Shown: positions 20,643 through 29,407, counted from the stretch's first letter. The stretch: DNA of 64,000 bases from Candidatus Uhrbacteria bacterium RIFOXYB12_FULL_58_10 (GCA_943354165.1 CALRBH010000001.1:16828-80827), one strand, 5' to 3'. Notes: generated by a model from the letters alone, not told the origin. Program-made: numbers and translations.

Positions 20643-20890
20643 GGTGCCGCCAGGGTGCCGCAAGCCCGCGGCGTTCGGCGGTTTCCAACGGAACAGGACG
20701 GGATGGAGCGGACCACGAGATCGTGAACATCGTCGAGGCTGTGCGGGCCAAAGTCGCTCCCCGTTCAGGGTTTTGTGCACAACTCGCAACAGGTTCGATT
20801 CCCGCCGCCTCCACCAGAAATGTGACCTAGAAACGGGAGCTTACGGCTCCCGTTTCGCTTTTCTCGCCCTTGGTGCCGCCAGGGTGCCGC
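20643..20890 (+). repeat. attP-like site: 19-bp direct repeats flanking a tmRNA 3' end
   Basis: GGTGCCGCCAGGGTGCCGC at 20643-20661 and 20872-20890. Confidence 0.65.
20792..20816 (+). other. Isolated tmRNA/tRNA-like 3' end (att core)
   Basis: GGTTCGATTCCCGCCGCCTCCACCA with no pairing 5' half upstream; followed by hairpin GAAACGGGAGC/GCTCCCGTTTC. Confidence 0.8.
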
Positions 20891-21861
20891 TCCGCCGATT
20901 TTCCAAACGGGCTCGGCTCGTCGAGCAGGACCACCGCCTCCCGTCGCGCGTCCGGCGAGAGGTGGGCGTAGCGCATGGTCATCTCGACGGTCGAGTGGCC
21001 CATGAGTTCCTGCACCGCACGGATCGGCACGCCACGCATCACGAGGTGGCTCGCGAACGTGTGCCGCAGAACGTGCCACCCGATGCGCCGGAGCCCTGCC
21101 CGTTTGCAGGTGCTCCACAGCGGGTGCTTGCAGTCCCCGTCGGTGAGCGGCTTGCCGTCCTCGCGGCAGAAGACCCGGTCCCCTCGCAGGTGCCGGTGCT
21201 TCTTGAGCGCCTCGACGACGGACTGGGCGAGAGGAACCTCTCGGCTCTTCCCGCTCTTGGGGGTTCCCTCGTGTCCCCGCCAGATGCTCCGGCGGACCAT
21301 GAGCCTCCCCGCAACCAGATCGACGTCGTCCCACTTGAGCCCGAGCAGCTCGCCTTGACGAAGGCCGGTCTTGAGCGCGACGACGATCATCGTCATCCAG
21401 ACATCCTTCGCCGCCGCGACGAGCCGGTCGGCTTCGGGGAAGTCGAGGAAGTCGAACTTGCAGGGAGGCGGCCGGAGCCAGTGGAACCTGGGCACCGTCG
21501 TGATCTCCCCGACGTCGCCGGCGGTGAGGCTCGGTTCGTCGCGACGCGGAGCACGGCTGAAGGCGACGTCGTGGGCAGGGTTCGACGGGAGGTGCTTCTT
21601 GGCGATGAGGAAGCCGAAGAAGCTGCGTAGGACCGTGAGCTTCCGGTTCCGCGTGGTGGGCGCGAGCGTTGAGTTCCCGTTGCCCAGGTATTCGACGAGC
21701 AGCTCACGCGTGACGGCTTCGGCGTCGACGATCTGGCGGGCCGCGGTAAACACGCCGAGCAGGCGAAGTTCGGCGCGATAGCTGACGACCGTGGCCGGCG
21801 AGAAACGCCGTTCCTCGTCGACGTGGGTCACAAAGAGGCGTGCTGCCTCGTCGATGCGCAT
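20827..21861 (-). CDS. Tyrosine recombinase/integrase
   Basis: TGLRQGEL (R), HVLRHTFAS (HxxR), MGH, MTMRYAH (Y); SAM-like N-terminal domain. Confidence 0.93.
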   Translation of the reverse strand: MRIDEAARLFVTHVDEERRFSPATVVSYRAELRLLGVFTAARQIVDAEAVTRELLVEYLGNGNSTLAPTTRNRKLTVLRSFFGFLIAKKHLPSNPAHDVAFSRAPRRDEPSLTAGDVGEITTVPRFHWLRPPPCKFDFLDFPEADRLVAAAKDVWMTMIVVALKTGLRQGELLGLKWDDVDLVAGRLMVRRSIWRGHEGTPKSGKSREVPLAQSVVEALKKHRHLRGDRVFCREDGKPLTDGDCKHPLWSTCKRAGLRRIGWHVLRHTFASHLVMRGVPIRAVQELMGHSTVEMTMRYAHLSPDARREAVVLLDEPSPFGKSAERHPGGTKGEKSETGAVSSRF

Positions 21862-22107
21862 GCGCTGTCTCCGGCGGCGGAGTGCCGCCGGCAGGGAGCC
21901 TGCCCAAGTTCGCCACATAGATGCAACTGCGCCGTCCGGATCTCCATCGACGTGGCTTGCGGGGCTCGACGGAGCGTCGCTTTTATTGTATGGTGATGCT
22001 AAACAGTCGCGGCACGTTCGGTTTCATGCCACCCACATGTCCCGCGGCCACGCGACGAACCGGCCGCGCTAACCTCGCCCGACGGATTTTCCCCGGGGCA
22101 ACAACCT

Positions 22108-22896
22108 ATGCCGACCCTAAACGACACAACACCAAGAATGGCCATTGGCGTAGCCGCCGCGTGCATCGCGCTGCTCGGTGCGGGGTGCCCGGTCAAACCC
22201 GAGCCGCCGCGGTCTGTTCCAGCGGCGAGCAGTAAAGTGCCCTCGATCATTGAAACAATCGTATTGCCGCAGCCAGCTTCAAGCGAGCCATCACCACCTT
22301 CTCTTATTGATCCCCGGTTTTCGGACGATGGAACCTCGGTGTTGTTTACAAATGCGCGGGGTCTAAGCACCATTCGAATCGCGCTACCGGAAGCGATCCA
22401 TGCCTTCCCAGTGACCACACAATCGACCGGACTTTTTCTCGAGCGGAATGGCTCGATACTTGCGCGTTTTCCAAACGAGAGCGATCGGGAGGTTGTTGTT
22501 GCCGTCGGAGAGCAATATTGGGGCTCGCAGTTTTCTCCGAATGGAGACTGGATCCTCTTTCAGGAAGACAGAGTAGATGGGGCCCACATCTGGGTCATCA
22601 ACAAAGACGGCGCTGAACGCCGCGATCTCGGTCTCGGGCAGCAGCCTACATGGCTTCACAATTCCCAGGGTGTTCTCTTCGTAATTGCCGAGATGGGCCA
22701 GGACATAGAAAACCAGCATAATATCGTGGCGAGCGACCTGTGGTTTGCCTCGGTCGACGGAACTCACCGAGTTTCCTTGACCACGACCGCGGACCAAGTC
22801 GAACTCAATCCGATCGTCGCCAACGATGGCAAACACGTCGTTTCAATCGACGGCTCGACTGGTCAGGTCTTGCTCTCAACTCTTGGCGAGAGGTAG
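22108..22896 (+). CDS. Lipoprotein with TolB-like beta-propeller repeats
   Basis: Lipobox LLGAGC; PRFSDDG, FSPNGDWILF, PTW repeats. Confidence 0.75.
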   Translation: MPTLNDTTPRMAIGVAAACIALLGAGCPVKPEPPRSVPAASSKVPSIIETIVLPQPASSEPSPPSLIDPRFSDDGTSVLFTNARGLSTIRIALPEAIHAFPVTTQSTGLFLERNGSILARFPNESDREVVVAVGEQYWGSQFSPNGDWILFQEDRVDGAHIWVINKDGAERRDLGLGQQPTWLHNSQGVLFVIAEMGQDIENQHNIVASDLWFASVDGTHRVSLTTTADQVELNPIVANDGKHVVSIDGSTGQVLLSTLGER

Positions 22897-22901
22897 CCCT
22901 G

Positions 22902-24845
22902 ATGCAGCAAGCTCGACGATTGAATCATGCGATGGTTGCCGCAGTTCTCCTGACCGCGACGACTGCATCTTACGCACAGACATCACCCTATAAGAAAATC
23001 TTCTTGAACCCAAGTGACCAGACATGGAACCTGGTTACGGGCGGAGGGACTGAAGCGGAATACGCTCGATTGATCGCAGCACGAGTGCAGACCCACCTTA
23101 TTTCGGCGGGACACAGCGTTAAGCTGCACTATTCGCGTCCTGATGCTCCGAAGCGTGCGAGAGAGTGGTCAGCAGATTATTTCGTCTCGATCCACTCAAA
23201 CGCAGGACGATCACACGGCATTGAAACCCTCTTTGGGGTCACGCCAACGAGCGAAGAATTTGCTCTGACCATCAAGACAGCGCTATTGGATGGTTATGGA
23301 AATCAGGAAGGATTTCCTGACCGAAGAGTCATAAATGGGGTTAACATCGCGGATGTCTTGGCATTTACAACCATGCCGGCGGTGCTCGCTGAAACAATGT
23401 TCCACGATTGCACAACGGTGCATACGTCAACAAGTGAGTCTGCGTTTTTGCGAAGTGAAGATGGGCAAAAGCGTGTTGCCCTAGCGTTGGCTCACGGCAT
23501 TTGTTCAGAGTTCGGCGAAGACTGCGGGTGCGCCATTTCAGCCGGTGAAGGATCGAGCGACGCTGAGGTTTTTGCTGACGCATTCGAGCGTTGGGGCGGA
23601 CGACTTGGCTGCCCAGCGGAGGCGGGCGGAGGACCGAACGTCCACGACGTATTCGGAGTATCCTTGCAGGATTTCTATCAACCTTCTGCGGAATGGCATT
23701 TTGATGGGAGTGACGGGAGAACAGCGCTCGCCTATGGAGGCTCGGGTGATAGCGCGTCCGCGTCACTCCTTCGCAGTGGATTCTGGGCCGCATACAAGTG
23801 TCTGGTCGCTCCAAGCGGTGGAGGTATGGGTGGGGCGCATTATTTAGGAGCTCCGCTTAGCGAGGAGTATCGACGCGGACAAGGTGGCGAACGCAGTGAC
23901 CCTCTGGATCATGGGAATCTGCTGTGTCCGAACGGGCATACATGTCAAGATTTCGAGCACGGTCACATGTGGTTCGGTAATGAGACCCCATCACCATCCG
24001 TCCATATTCATGTAACAGGTGTAACGGAGCAGGATGGTGACAGATCGACGTGCGTCCAGCCCCCTCCTGGGATCAGGCAGGATTGTCTCGACCCCGGCCT
24101 CAATCTACGGTTCTGCGACAACCCCCCTTTTGGGCCGGTCTGTGGTGATGAGAGTTGCGACGCTGACAGCGAGAGCTATTCGTCCTGCGCTGCCGACTGC
24201 TTCTACACCTCCGCGCTCCCATCACAGACACCCAACGGCGTCTCCCGGATGTGCCCTGGCGAGACCACGTTCTTCACGCTCGAATACGAGAACACAGGGA
24301 CGCTTCCGTGGATCGACACAGACGACGGCGTTTCTGGCCCTGCATACGTCGAGCTGCGGTCAGTGAACCCAAGCGGCAGCGACGAGGTCGACTCCCCCCT
24401 GTTCCCGGGTTCACCCTGGATCAACCCGCAGCGCGTCGGCCCGCCGCTCGATTCTAATGTCGAGCCCGGCGCCTTCGCGACGTTCAACGTACCGGTGCTC
24501 GTTCCGGCCGATGCTGTTCCAGGCGAAGAGATTGCCGCGTATTTCAGGCCGTACTCTGCCGAGATGGATCAGTCCGGCGACGGCTTCTTCGAAGACTGGG
24601 GCGAGGCCCACTTCACTGTTCAGGTACGCGATTGCACGCCGGCCGGGACGACCTGCGCCGCCCTGCCTGCTGAGACTTGCAACGGCATCGACGACAACCA
24701 GAACACCGTGATCGACGATCTTGAGAGTTGTTGGGTTCCCGTCTATCGGTTTTGGGACACGTCAATGGCCTCAAACATTACGGTGGGCATGTCGATGGAG
24801 GATTCCTTGAACGTTCTCGCCTGTATCGCATTGAGGAAGCCGTAA
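22902..24845 (+). CDS. Secreted N-acetylmuramoyl-L-alanine amidase (Amidase_3) multidomain protein, apparently C-terminally truncated
   Basis: Signal peptide; KIFLNPSDQ, TEAE, FVSIHSNA, AVLAETMFHD; Ig-like region; ETCNGIDD motif. Confidence 0.8.
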   Translation: MQQARRLNHAMVAAVLLTATTASYAQTSPYKKIFLNPSDQTWNLVTGGGTEAEYARLIAARVQTHLISAGHSVKLHYSRPDAPKRAREWSADYFVSIHSNAGRSHGIETLFGVTPTSEEFALTIKTALLDGYGNQEGFPDRRVINGVNIADVLAFTTMPAVLAETMFHDCTTVHTSTSESAFLRSEDGQKRVALALAHGICSEFGEDCGCAISAGEGSSDAEVFADAFERWGGRLGCPAEAGGGPNVHDVFGVSLQDFYQPSAEWHFDGSDGRTALAYGGSGDSASASLLRSGFWAAYKCLVAPSGGGMGGAHYLGAPLSEEYRRGQGGERSDPLDHGNLLCPNGHTCQDFEHGHMWFGNETPSPSVHIHVTGVTEQDGDRSTCVQPPPGIRQDCLDPGLNLRFCDNPPFGPVCGDESCDADSESYSSCAADCFYTSALPSQTPNGVSRMCPGETTFFTLEYENTGTLPWIDTDDGVSGPAYVELRSVNPSGSDEVDSPLFPGSPWINPQRVGPPLDSNVEPGAFATFNVPVLVPADAVPGEEIAAYFRPYSAEMDQSGDGFFEDWGEAHFTVQVRDCTPAGTTCAALPAETCNGIDDNQNTVIDDLESCWVPVYRFWDTSMASNITVGMSMEDSLNVLACIALRKP

Positions 24846-24925
24846 AGGTGTTGTCTATGGCGCTTAAGGGAAATTCGACGATGACCTTGCCTGAAGCAAA
24901 GAAGTTTCTTGTCGAAAGTATCTAA
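24774..24925 (+). pseudogene. Possible 3' remnant of an unrelated gene at the island junction
   Basis: Frame reading HYGGHVDGGFLERSRLY...FLVESI* begins where amidase/M23 similarity stops. Confidence 0.35.
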
Positions 24926-24997
24926 AATAGCGAGGTTTCCTTCCGATAACCGCCCTTGCCAATTTAGACATATTGGGCTAGGATTCCGGGGGTTCAT

Positions 24998-25074
24998 GGC
25001 TGGGTAGCTCAGTTGGTTAGAGCACGGGACTCATAAGCCTGAGGTCGCGAGTTCGAATCTCGCCCCAGCTACCA
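24998..25074 (+). tRNA. tRNA-Met(CAT), probably elongator
   Basis: GGCTGGG/CCCAGCT acceptor stem, CT-CAT-AA loop, GTTCGAAT, CCA. Confidence 0.93.
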
Positions 25075-25180
25075 GAATCGTTTATCCTCTTCTCGAATCC
25101 TCGCAGAGAGGATGCCGGAGGAGGGCTAAGCGATTAGCCTCAGTATCGCGGGGTAGAGCAGCCAGGCAGCTCGCCAGGCT

Positions 25181-25870
25181 CGAGTGCTCCGATCATTTCT
25201 TTCCGAACATGGATACCAAACTCAAGGGAGATATTGCTGAACAGGCATCTGTTTTGCAGGCCCTCCGAAGAGGTTGGGGTGTTCTTCGCCCGTGTGGGGA
25301 CCGTCATCCGTATGACATGGTCTTCGAGATACGGGGTGTGTTCGTCCGAGTGCAAGTGAAGCACGCATGGCTTGATAAGAAGTCTAGCAACTACGTGATC
25401 GATAATCGTCGGACAAAGACGAATCGTCTGGTCATGAAGCGCCAGCCATATCAAGCAAGCGACTTTGACTTCGCGCTCGCGTACGTCCCAGAAGGAGAAA
25501 ACTTTTATGTGTTCCCACAGAATACATTCTCCAGTTTCGGAAGCGTGATCCACATGGTGGAACATGATAAGCGCCAACGTAAACCGCGATCTGCGGAATA
25601 CAGAAACGCTTGGGAATTGATCGAGCGATGGGCCGCGCATGGGGAAACTCATGCGGCAACCTCTGTCAAATTCGGGGAAGCCTAACGGTGGTAATCCCGA
25701 GCCAAGCCCTGAGACGCCGCAAGGCGGTCGAAGGGAAGGTGTAGAGACTTAACGGCAGACACCCTCGCGCCCCTCCTACGCTCCTCGGAGCTTCGGTGGG
25801 CGGTGCAGGGTGAAGAGAAAGTCCAGACTACGAATCCCGCAAGGGAGCGGCGAAAGCCGAAGTAGGTAAG
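25181..25870 (+). ncRNA. Group I self-splicing intron (690 nt)
   Basis: Inserted after U33, ends in G; core P AAATTCGGGGAA, Q AATCCCGAGCCAAG, R GTAGAGACT, S GAGAAAGTCC; P3 TCTGTC/GGCAGA; IGS ATGGGCC 25628-25634. Confidence 0.92.
25209..25685 (+). CDS. Group I intron PD-(D/E)XK homing endonuclease (I-Ssp6803I-like)
   Basis: MDTKLKGDIAE, PCGDRHPYDMVF, VRVQVKHAW, DNRRTKTNR, DFDFALAY. Confidence 0.9.
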   Translation: MDTKLKGDIAEQASVLQALRRGWGVLRPCGDRHPYDMVFEIRGVFVRVQVKHAWLDKKSSNYVIDNRRTKTNRLVMKRQPYQASDFDFALAYVPEGENFYVFPQNTFSSFGSVIHMVEHDKRQRKPRSAEYRNAWELIERWAAHGETHAATSVKFGEA

Positions 25871-26015
25871 CATAACCTGGAGGTCGTGGGTTCAAATCCC
25901 GCCCCCGCTACCAAAATATCCTCTGAGAAATCAGGGGATATTTTTGTTGAAAATGAGCCACGTTTTCCCGCTTCCGTTTTCCCCCCACCTCGATTATACT
26001 ATCCGCGTACTCACT

Positions 26016-26789
26016 ATGGGCATCGTGGTAACAGTAGCGAACCAAAAGGGCGGGGTTGGGAAGACCACCACGACCGTGAACCTCGCCGCATATCTTGCGG
26101 ACGCGGGGAAGTTTGTCTTGATCGTGGACTTGGACCCGCAGGCCAATGCCACATCCGCCCTCGGCATCGATCACCGGAGTCTCTCCGGCGGTTCCTATGA
26201 GGTGCTCATCGGCGGCGCAAAGGCGCGCGATTTCATTTTGCCGACTACCCACGCCGGTCTTCGCATTCTCCCATCCACGCAGGCACTTGCCGGCGCAGCG
26301 GTGGAACTCGTGACGGCAGATTCTCGCGAACATTTTTTGCGCGAGGCGCTTAAGGAAGTGAAGAACGATTACGACTACATCCTCATCGATCTTCCTCCTT
26401 CGCTCGGGCTCATCACCATCAACGGGTTCGTCGCATCGGATTCCGTGCTCATTCCTGTGCAGGCGGAATATTTTGCTCTCGAGGGTGTGGGTCAGTTGCT
26501 CAATACCATCAACCTCATCCGGGAGAACATCAAGCCGGAGCTTGAGATCATGGGCGCGGTCATCACCATGTACGACTCGCGCACCAAACTTTCTCAGGAA
26601 GTTCTCGAAGAGCTCTATCGATATTTCCCAGACAAGATTTTCCGCTCCGTGATTCCTCGAAGCGTCCGGCTTGCAGAAGCACCGTCGTTCGGCAAAACGA
26701 TTCTCGGCTACGACCCGTCGTCGAAGGCCGCGAAGTCGTACGAACGGTTGGCACGCGAGTTCATCATGCGGGAAGAGGGATTGGTATGA
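26016..26789 (+). CDS. parA: Chromosome partitioning ATPase ParA/Soj
   Basis: NQKGGVGKTTT, DLDPQANAT, PVQAEYFALEG, VRLAEAPSFG. Confidence 0.96.
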   Translation: MGIVVTVANQKGGVGKTTTTVNLAAYLADAGKFVLIVDLDPQANATSALGIDHRSLSGGSYEVLIGGAKARDFILPTTHAGLRILPSTQALAGAAVELVTADSREHFLREALKEVKNDYDYILIDLPPSLGLITINGFVASDSVLIPVQAEYFALEGVGQLLNTINLIRENIKPELEIMGAVITMYDSRTKLSQEVLEELYRYFPDKIFRSVIPRSVRLAEAPSFGKTILGYDPSSKAAKSYERLAREFIMREEGLV

Positions 26790-26912
26790 TAAACGACAAA
26801 AAACAAACGACAAACGACAAAGAAAAATTAAAAACTCCAAACGGGGGAAAAATTTACGGATTTGTCGTTTCCTGTCTTTCTTTGTCGTTTAGGATTTATC
26901 GTTTGTCGTTTT
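26790..26912. repeat. Inverted heptamer-repeat element (AAACGAC / TTGTCGT)
   Basis: AAACGACAAAAAACAAACGACAAACGACAAAG ... TTTGTCGTTT x3 between parA and parB. Confidence 0.75.
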
Positions 26913-26920
26913 AGCCCCAT

Positions 26921-27778
26921 ATGCAAAAATCAGTTTTGGGTCGCGGCCTCGGGTCGCTCATCCCGCAAAAGCAAAGCATCACCGAACAGATCATCCCTTC
27001 CGCCCGGCGGGAGATCTTGGAAATTTCACCCGATAAGATCCGGGCCAATCCACGACAGCCACGTGCGCATTTTTCTCCGGCTGAGCTTGAGGATCTCATC
27101 GCGTCCGTAAAGGAGCATGGTATTCTTTCGCCACTCATCGTGACGCGTACGGCCGACGGGTACGAACTCGTCGCCGGTGAACGTCGTCTGCGCGCGGCCA
27201 AGGCCCTTGGGCTCAAGGAAGTTCCCGCCGTCGTTCGTGACGCCACGGAGCAGCAGAAGCTCGAGTGGGCCATCATCGAGAACACCCAGCGCCAGGATTT
27301 GAACGCGGTTGAAGAAGCGCTCGGCTATAAGGCGCTCATCGAAGAATTCAACCTTACGCAGGAGGAGGTTGCGAAGAAAGTGGGAAAGAGCCGATCGAAC
27401 GTGGCGAACATTGTCCGTTTGCTCGATCTTCCGGAAGACATCCTGATTGCGATCCGCGACAATCGCATTACAAAGAGTCACGCACGAACGCTTCTTTCCG
27501 AACCTGACGAAGCGAAGCAGCGCGCACTTTTCGAACGCATCCTCCAAGGCGGCGTCACGGTGCGCGAAGTCGAATCGAAAGTTTCGAACATGGGCGGCCG
27601 CAAGCGTATCGCGACGGCAGGAATGAAGGATCCAAACATCGCCGCGCACGAGAAGCGCCTGCGCGAAATCCTCAACACGAAAGTTTCCATTCAGGAACAG
27701 GCCGGGAAGGGAAAGATTACGATTGAGTTTTACTCCAAGGAAGAACTGCTTTCGTTGCTTGACACGCTGATGACATAA
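26921..27778 (+). CDS. parB: Chromosome partitioning protein ParB/Spo0J
   Basis: LGRGLGSLI, NPRQPR, VAGERRLRAA, ENTQRQDL, HTH. Confidence 0.96.
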   Translation: MQKSVLGRGLGSLIPQKQSITEQIIPSARREILEISPDKIRANPRQPRAHFSPAELEDLIASVKEHGILSPLIVTRTADGYELVAGERRLRAAKALGLKEVPAVVRDATEQQKLEWAIIENTQRQDLNAVEEALGYKALIEEFNLTQEEVAKKVGKSRSNVANIVRLLDLPEDILIAIRDNRITKSHARTLLSEPDEAKQRALFERILQGGVTVREVESKVSNMGGRKRIATAGMKDPNIAAHEKRLREILNTKVSIQEQAGKGKITIEFYSKEELLSLLDTLMT

Positions 27779-27779
27779 T

Positions 27780-27818
27780 GCAAAACCGCCCTTCGATAAA
27801 AACTCAGGGCGGTTTTGC
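27780..27818. terminator. Bidirectional intrinsic terminator
   Basis: GCAAAACCGCCCT / AGGGCGGTTTTGC between convergent parB and rel. Confidence 0.75.
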
Positions 27819-27820
27819 TT

Positions 27821-29329
27821 TTAGGCTTCCTTCGGTTTCTCTACCTTCTTGCCCGGCCGAATCACGCTTGCGAGCCAGCTCTTCATGGTGTGGCGCGTGG
27901 CGTCTTTGATCTTTTCTCGCGCATGACGGGTCTTTGCGAACTTGAGCCAGTCCGGGTTCGGGCCTTTGCGGTTTTTGTCCGTAAGAATTTCTATGATGTC
28001 GCCGGAGTTGAGATTGGTGTCTAAGTTTATGACGCGATCATTCACTTTGGCGCCGGTGCAGGTGTTGCCGATGTGGGTGTGGATGGCATAGGCGAAGTCG
28101 ATGGAAGTGGCGCCGTCCGGAAGATCTATCACGTCACCCTTTGGTGTGAAGACAAAGATCCGGTCCTTGAAGACGTCGATCTTCAGAGATTCGAGCTCAG
28201 AAAGAAAATCTTTTTTATCGGCAAGCGTTTTTTGAATGGTTGCAAGCTCTTCCATCCAGTGCAGGTTTTCCACAGGGCGCATCCCCGTTTCCTTGTACCG
28301 CCAATGGGCGGCCACACCGAACTCGGAGAGTTCGTGCATTTCACGGGTGCGGATTTGGAATTCCACGATGTCCCCATCGTCCGTAAACACGGAGGTGTGC
28401 AGGGATTGGTAGCCGTTTGGTTTCGGCTGGGCAATGTAATCCTTGATGCGGCCCGCGAGCGGGCGCCACTTCTGGTGGAGGATCCCGAGGGTGGCATAGC
28501 ATTCCTCAACATCGGCTACGATGATGCGCACGGCGATGACGTCGTAAATTTTCGTCAGGTCATCGTTATAGCGCTGGAGTTTTCGGTACAGAGAAAAGTA
28601 GCGCTTCACGCGGCCGTTCACTTCGAAATCTTTCAGCTTGGATCCGGAGAGTAGATTCTCCGTAGCGCTGATCACATGGGAAATGGAGGCGCCTTTTTCA
28701 CGGAGCTTGGCTTCCATGATGCGCTTGATGCGTTCATAGGACTTTGGATCGAGATAGGAAAATGCCATGTCTTCCAGTTCACCCTTAATCTCTCCCATGC
28801 CGAGGCGGCCGGCGATGGGGGCGTAGATTTCCATGACTTCGCGCGCGACGCGTTCCTGCTTGTGGGCAGGCTGTGCATAGAGCGTTTGGAGATTGTGGAG
28901 GCGGTCGGCGAACTTGATGAAGACCACACGCACGTCGGAGGCCATGGCGAGGAACATCTTGCGGAGGTTCTCGGCGTAGCGCTCTTCGCCGGTGTACTTG
29001 ATCTTCTTCAGCTTCGTGACGGCGTCCACGAGCCCGGCAACGTCCGCGCCAAACTCCTTCTGGATCTGTTCGATCTCGATGCCGCAGTCTTCCACCACAT
29101 CATGCAGCAGCCCTGCGATGACCACGTTGAGCGGCATGCGCATCTGGGCCAGGCGGTGGGCGGTGGCGAGCGGATGGGTGATGAACGGGTGACCGGTGGC
29201 GCGCACCTCTCCTTCATGGGCGTTGTTTGCAAGATCAAAAGCATGCCGGAGGGAAACAAGGTCCGGCGATTCGTAGTTTTCGCGCACAAGCGCTTCTACG
29301 TCTTCGAATGTATGGACGATTTCAGGCAT
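27821..29329 (-). CDS. rel: RelA/SpoT (p)ppGpp synthetase-hydrolase (HD+SYNTH+TGS, no ACT domain)
   Basis: LLHDVVED, KFADRLHN, KDYIAQPKPNGYQSLHT, EFQIRT, FTPKGD..DFAYAIHT. Confidence 0.93.
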   Translation of the reverse strand: MPEIVHTFEDVEALVRENYESPDLVSLRHAFDLANNAHEGEVRATGHPFITHPLATAHRLAQMRMPLNVVIAGLLHDVVEDCGIEIEQIQKEFGADVAGLVDAVTKLKKIKYTGEERYAENLRKMFLAMASDVRVVFIKFADRLHNLQTLYAQPAHKQERVAREVMEIYAPIAGRLGMGEIKGELEDMAFSYLDPKSYERIKRIMEAKLREKGASISHVISATENLLSGSKLKDFEVNGRVKRYFSLYRKLQRYNDDLTKIYDVIAVRIIVADVEECYATLGILHQKWRPLAGRIKDYIAQPKPNGYQSLHTSVFTDDGDIVEFQIRTREMHELSEFGVAAHWRYKETGMRPVENLHWMEELATIQKTLADKKDFLSELESLKIDVFKDRIFVFTPKGDVIDLPDGATSIDFAYAIHTHIGNTCTGAKVNDRVINLDTNLNSGDIIEILTDKNRKGPNPDWLKFAKTRHAREKIKDATRHTMKSWLASVIRPGKKVEKPKEA

Positions 29330-29367
29330 GAAGGCACGCCATGGGCGTGCCTTCAAGCGTAGCGCGG

Positions 29368-29404
29368 TTTGGGAGGTTTGGGAAGTTCGGGAAGTTTGGG
29401 AGGA
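29368..29404. repeat. Tandem nonamer repeat (TTTGGGAGG/TTCGGGAAG)
   Basis: Four imperfect units between topA and rel; same family as 42771-42887. Confidence 0.65.
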
Positions 29405-29407
29405 CGG

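Larger units (their letters stand above)
17067..24773. mobile_element. Genomic island or foreign insert downstream of tRNA-Leu (boundaries approximate)
   Basis: Starts after a tRNA; carries integrase, att-like tmRNA end, PIN TA pair and accessory hydrolases; right end truncates a gene. Confidence 0.6.
25147..25913 (+). tRNA. Initiator tRNA-fMet(CAT) split by an intron (exons 25147-25180 and 25871-25913)
   Basis: Joined exons give CGCGGGGTAGAGCAG...CCAGGCT|CATAACCTGG...GGTTCAAATCCCGCCCCCGCTACCA with unpaired C1. Confidence 0.93.

Noticed and set aside
20792-20816. Functional tRNA or tmRNA gene
   Set aside because: Only the T-loop and 3' acceptor strand are present; the upstream sequence does not complete the T-stem.
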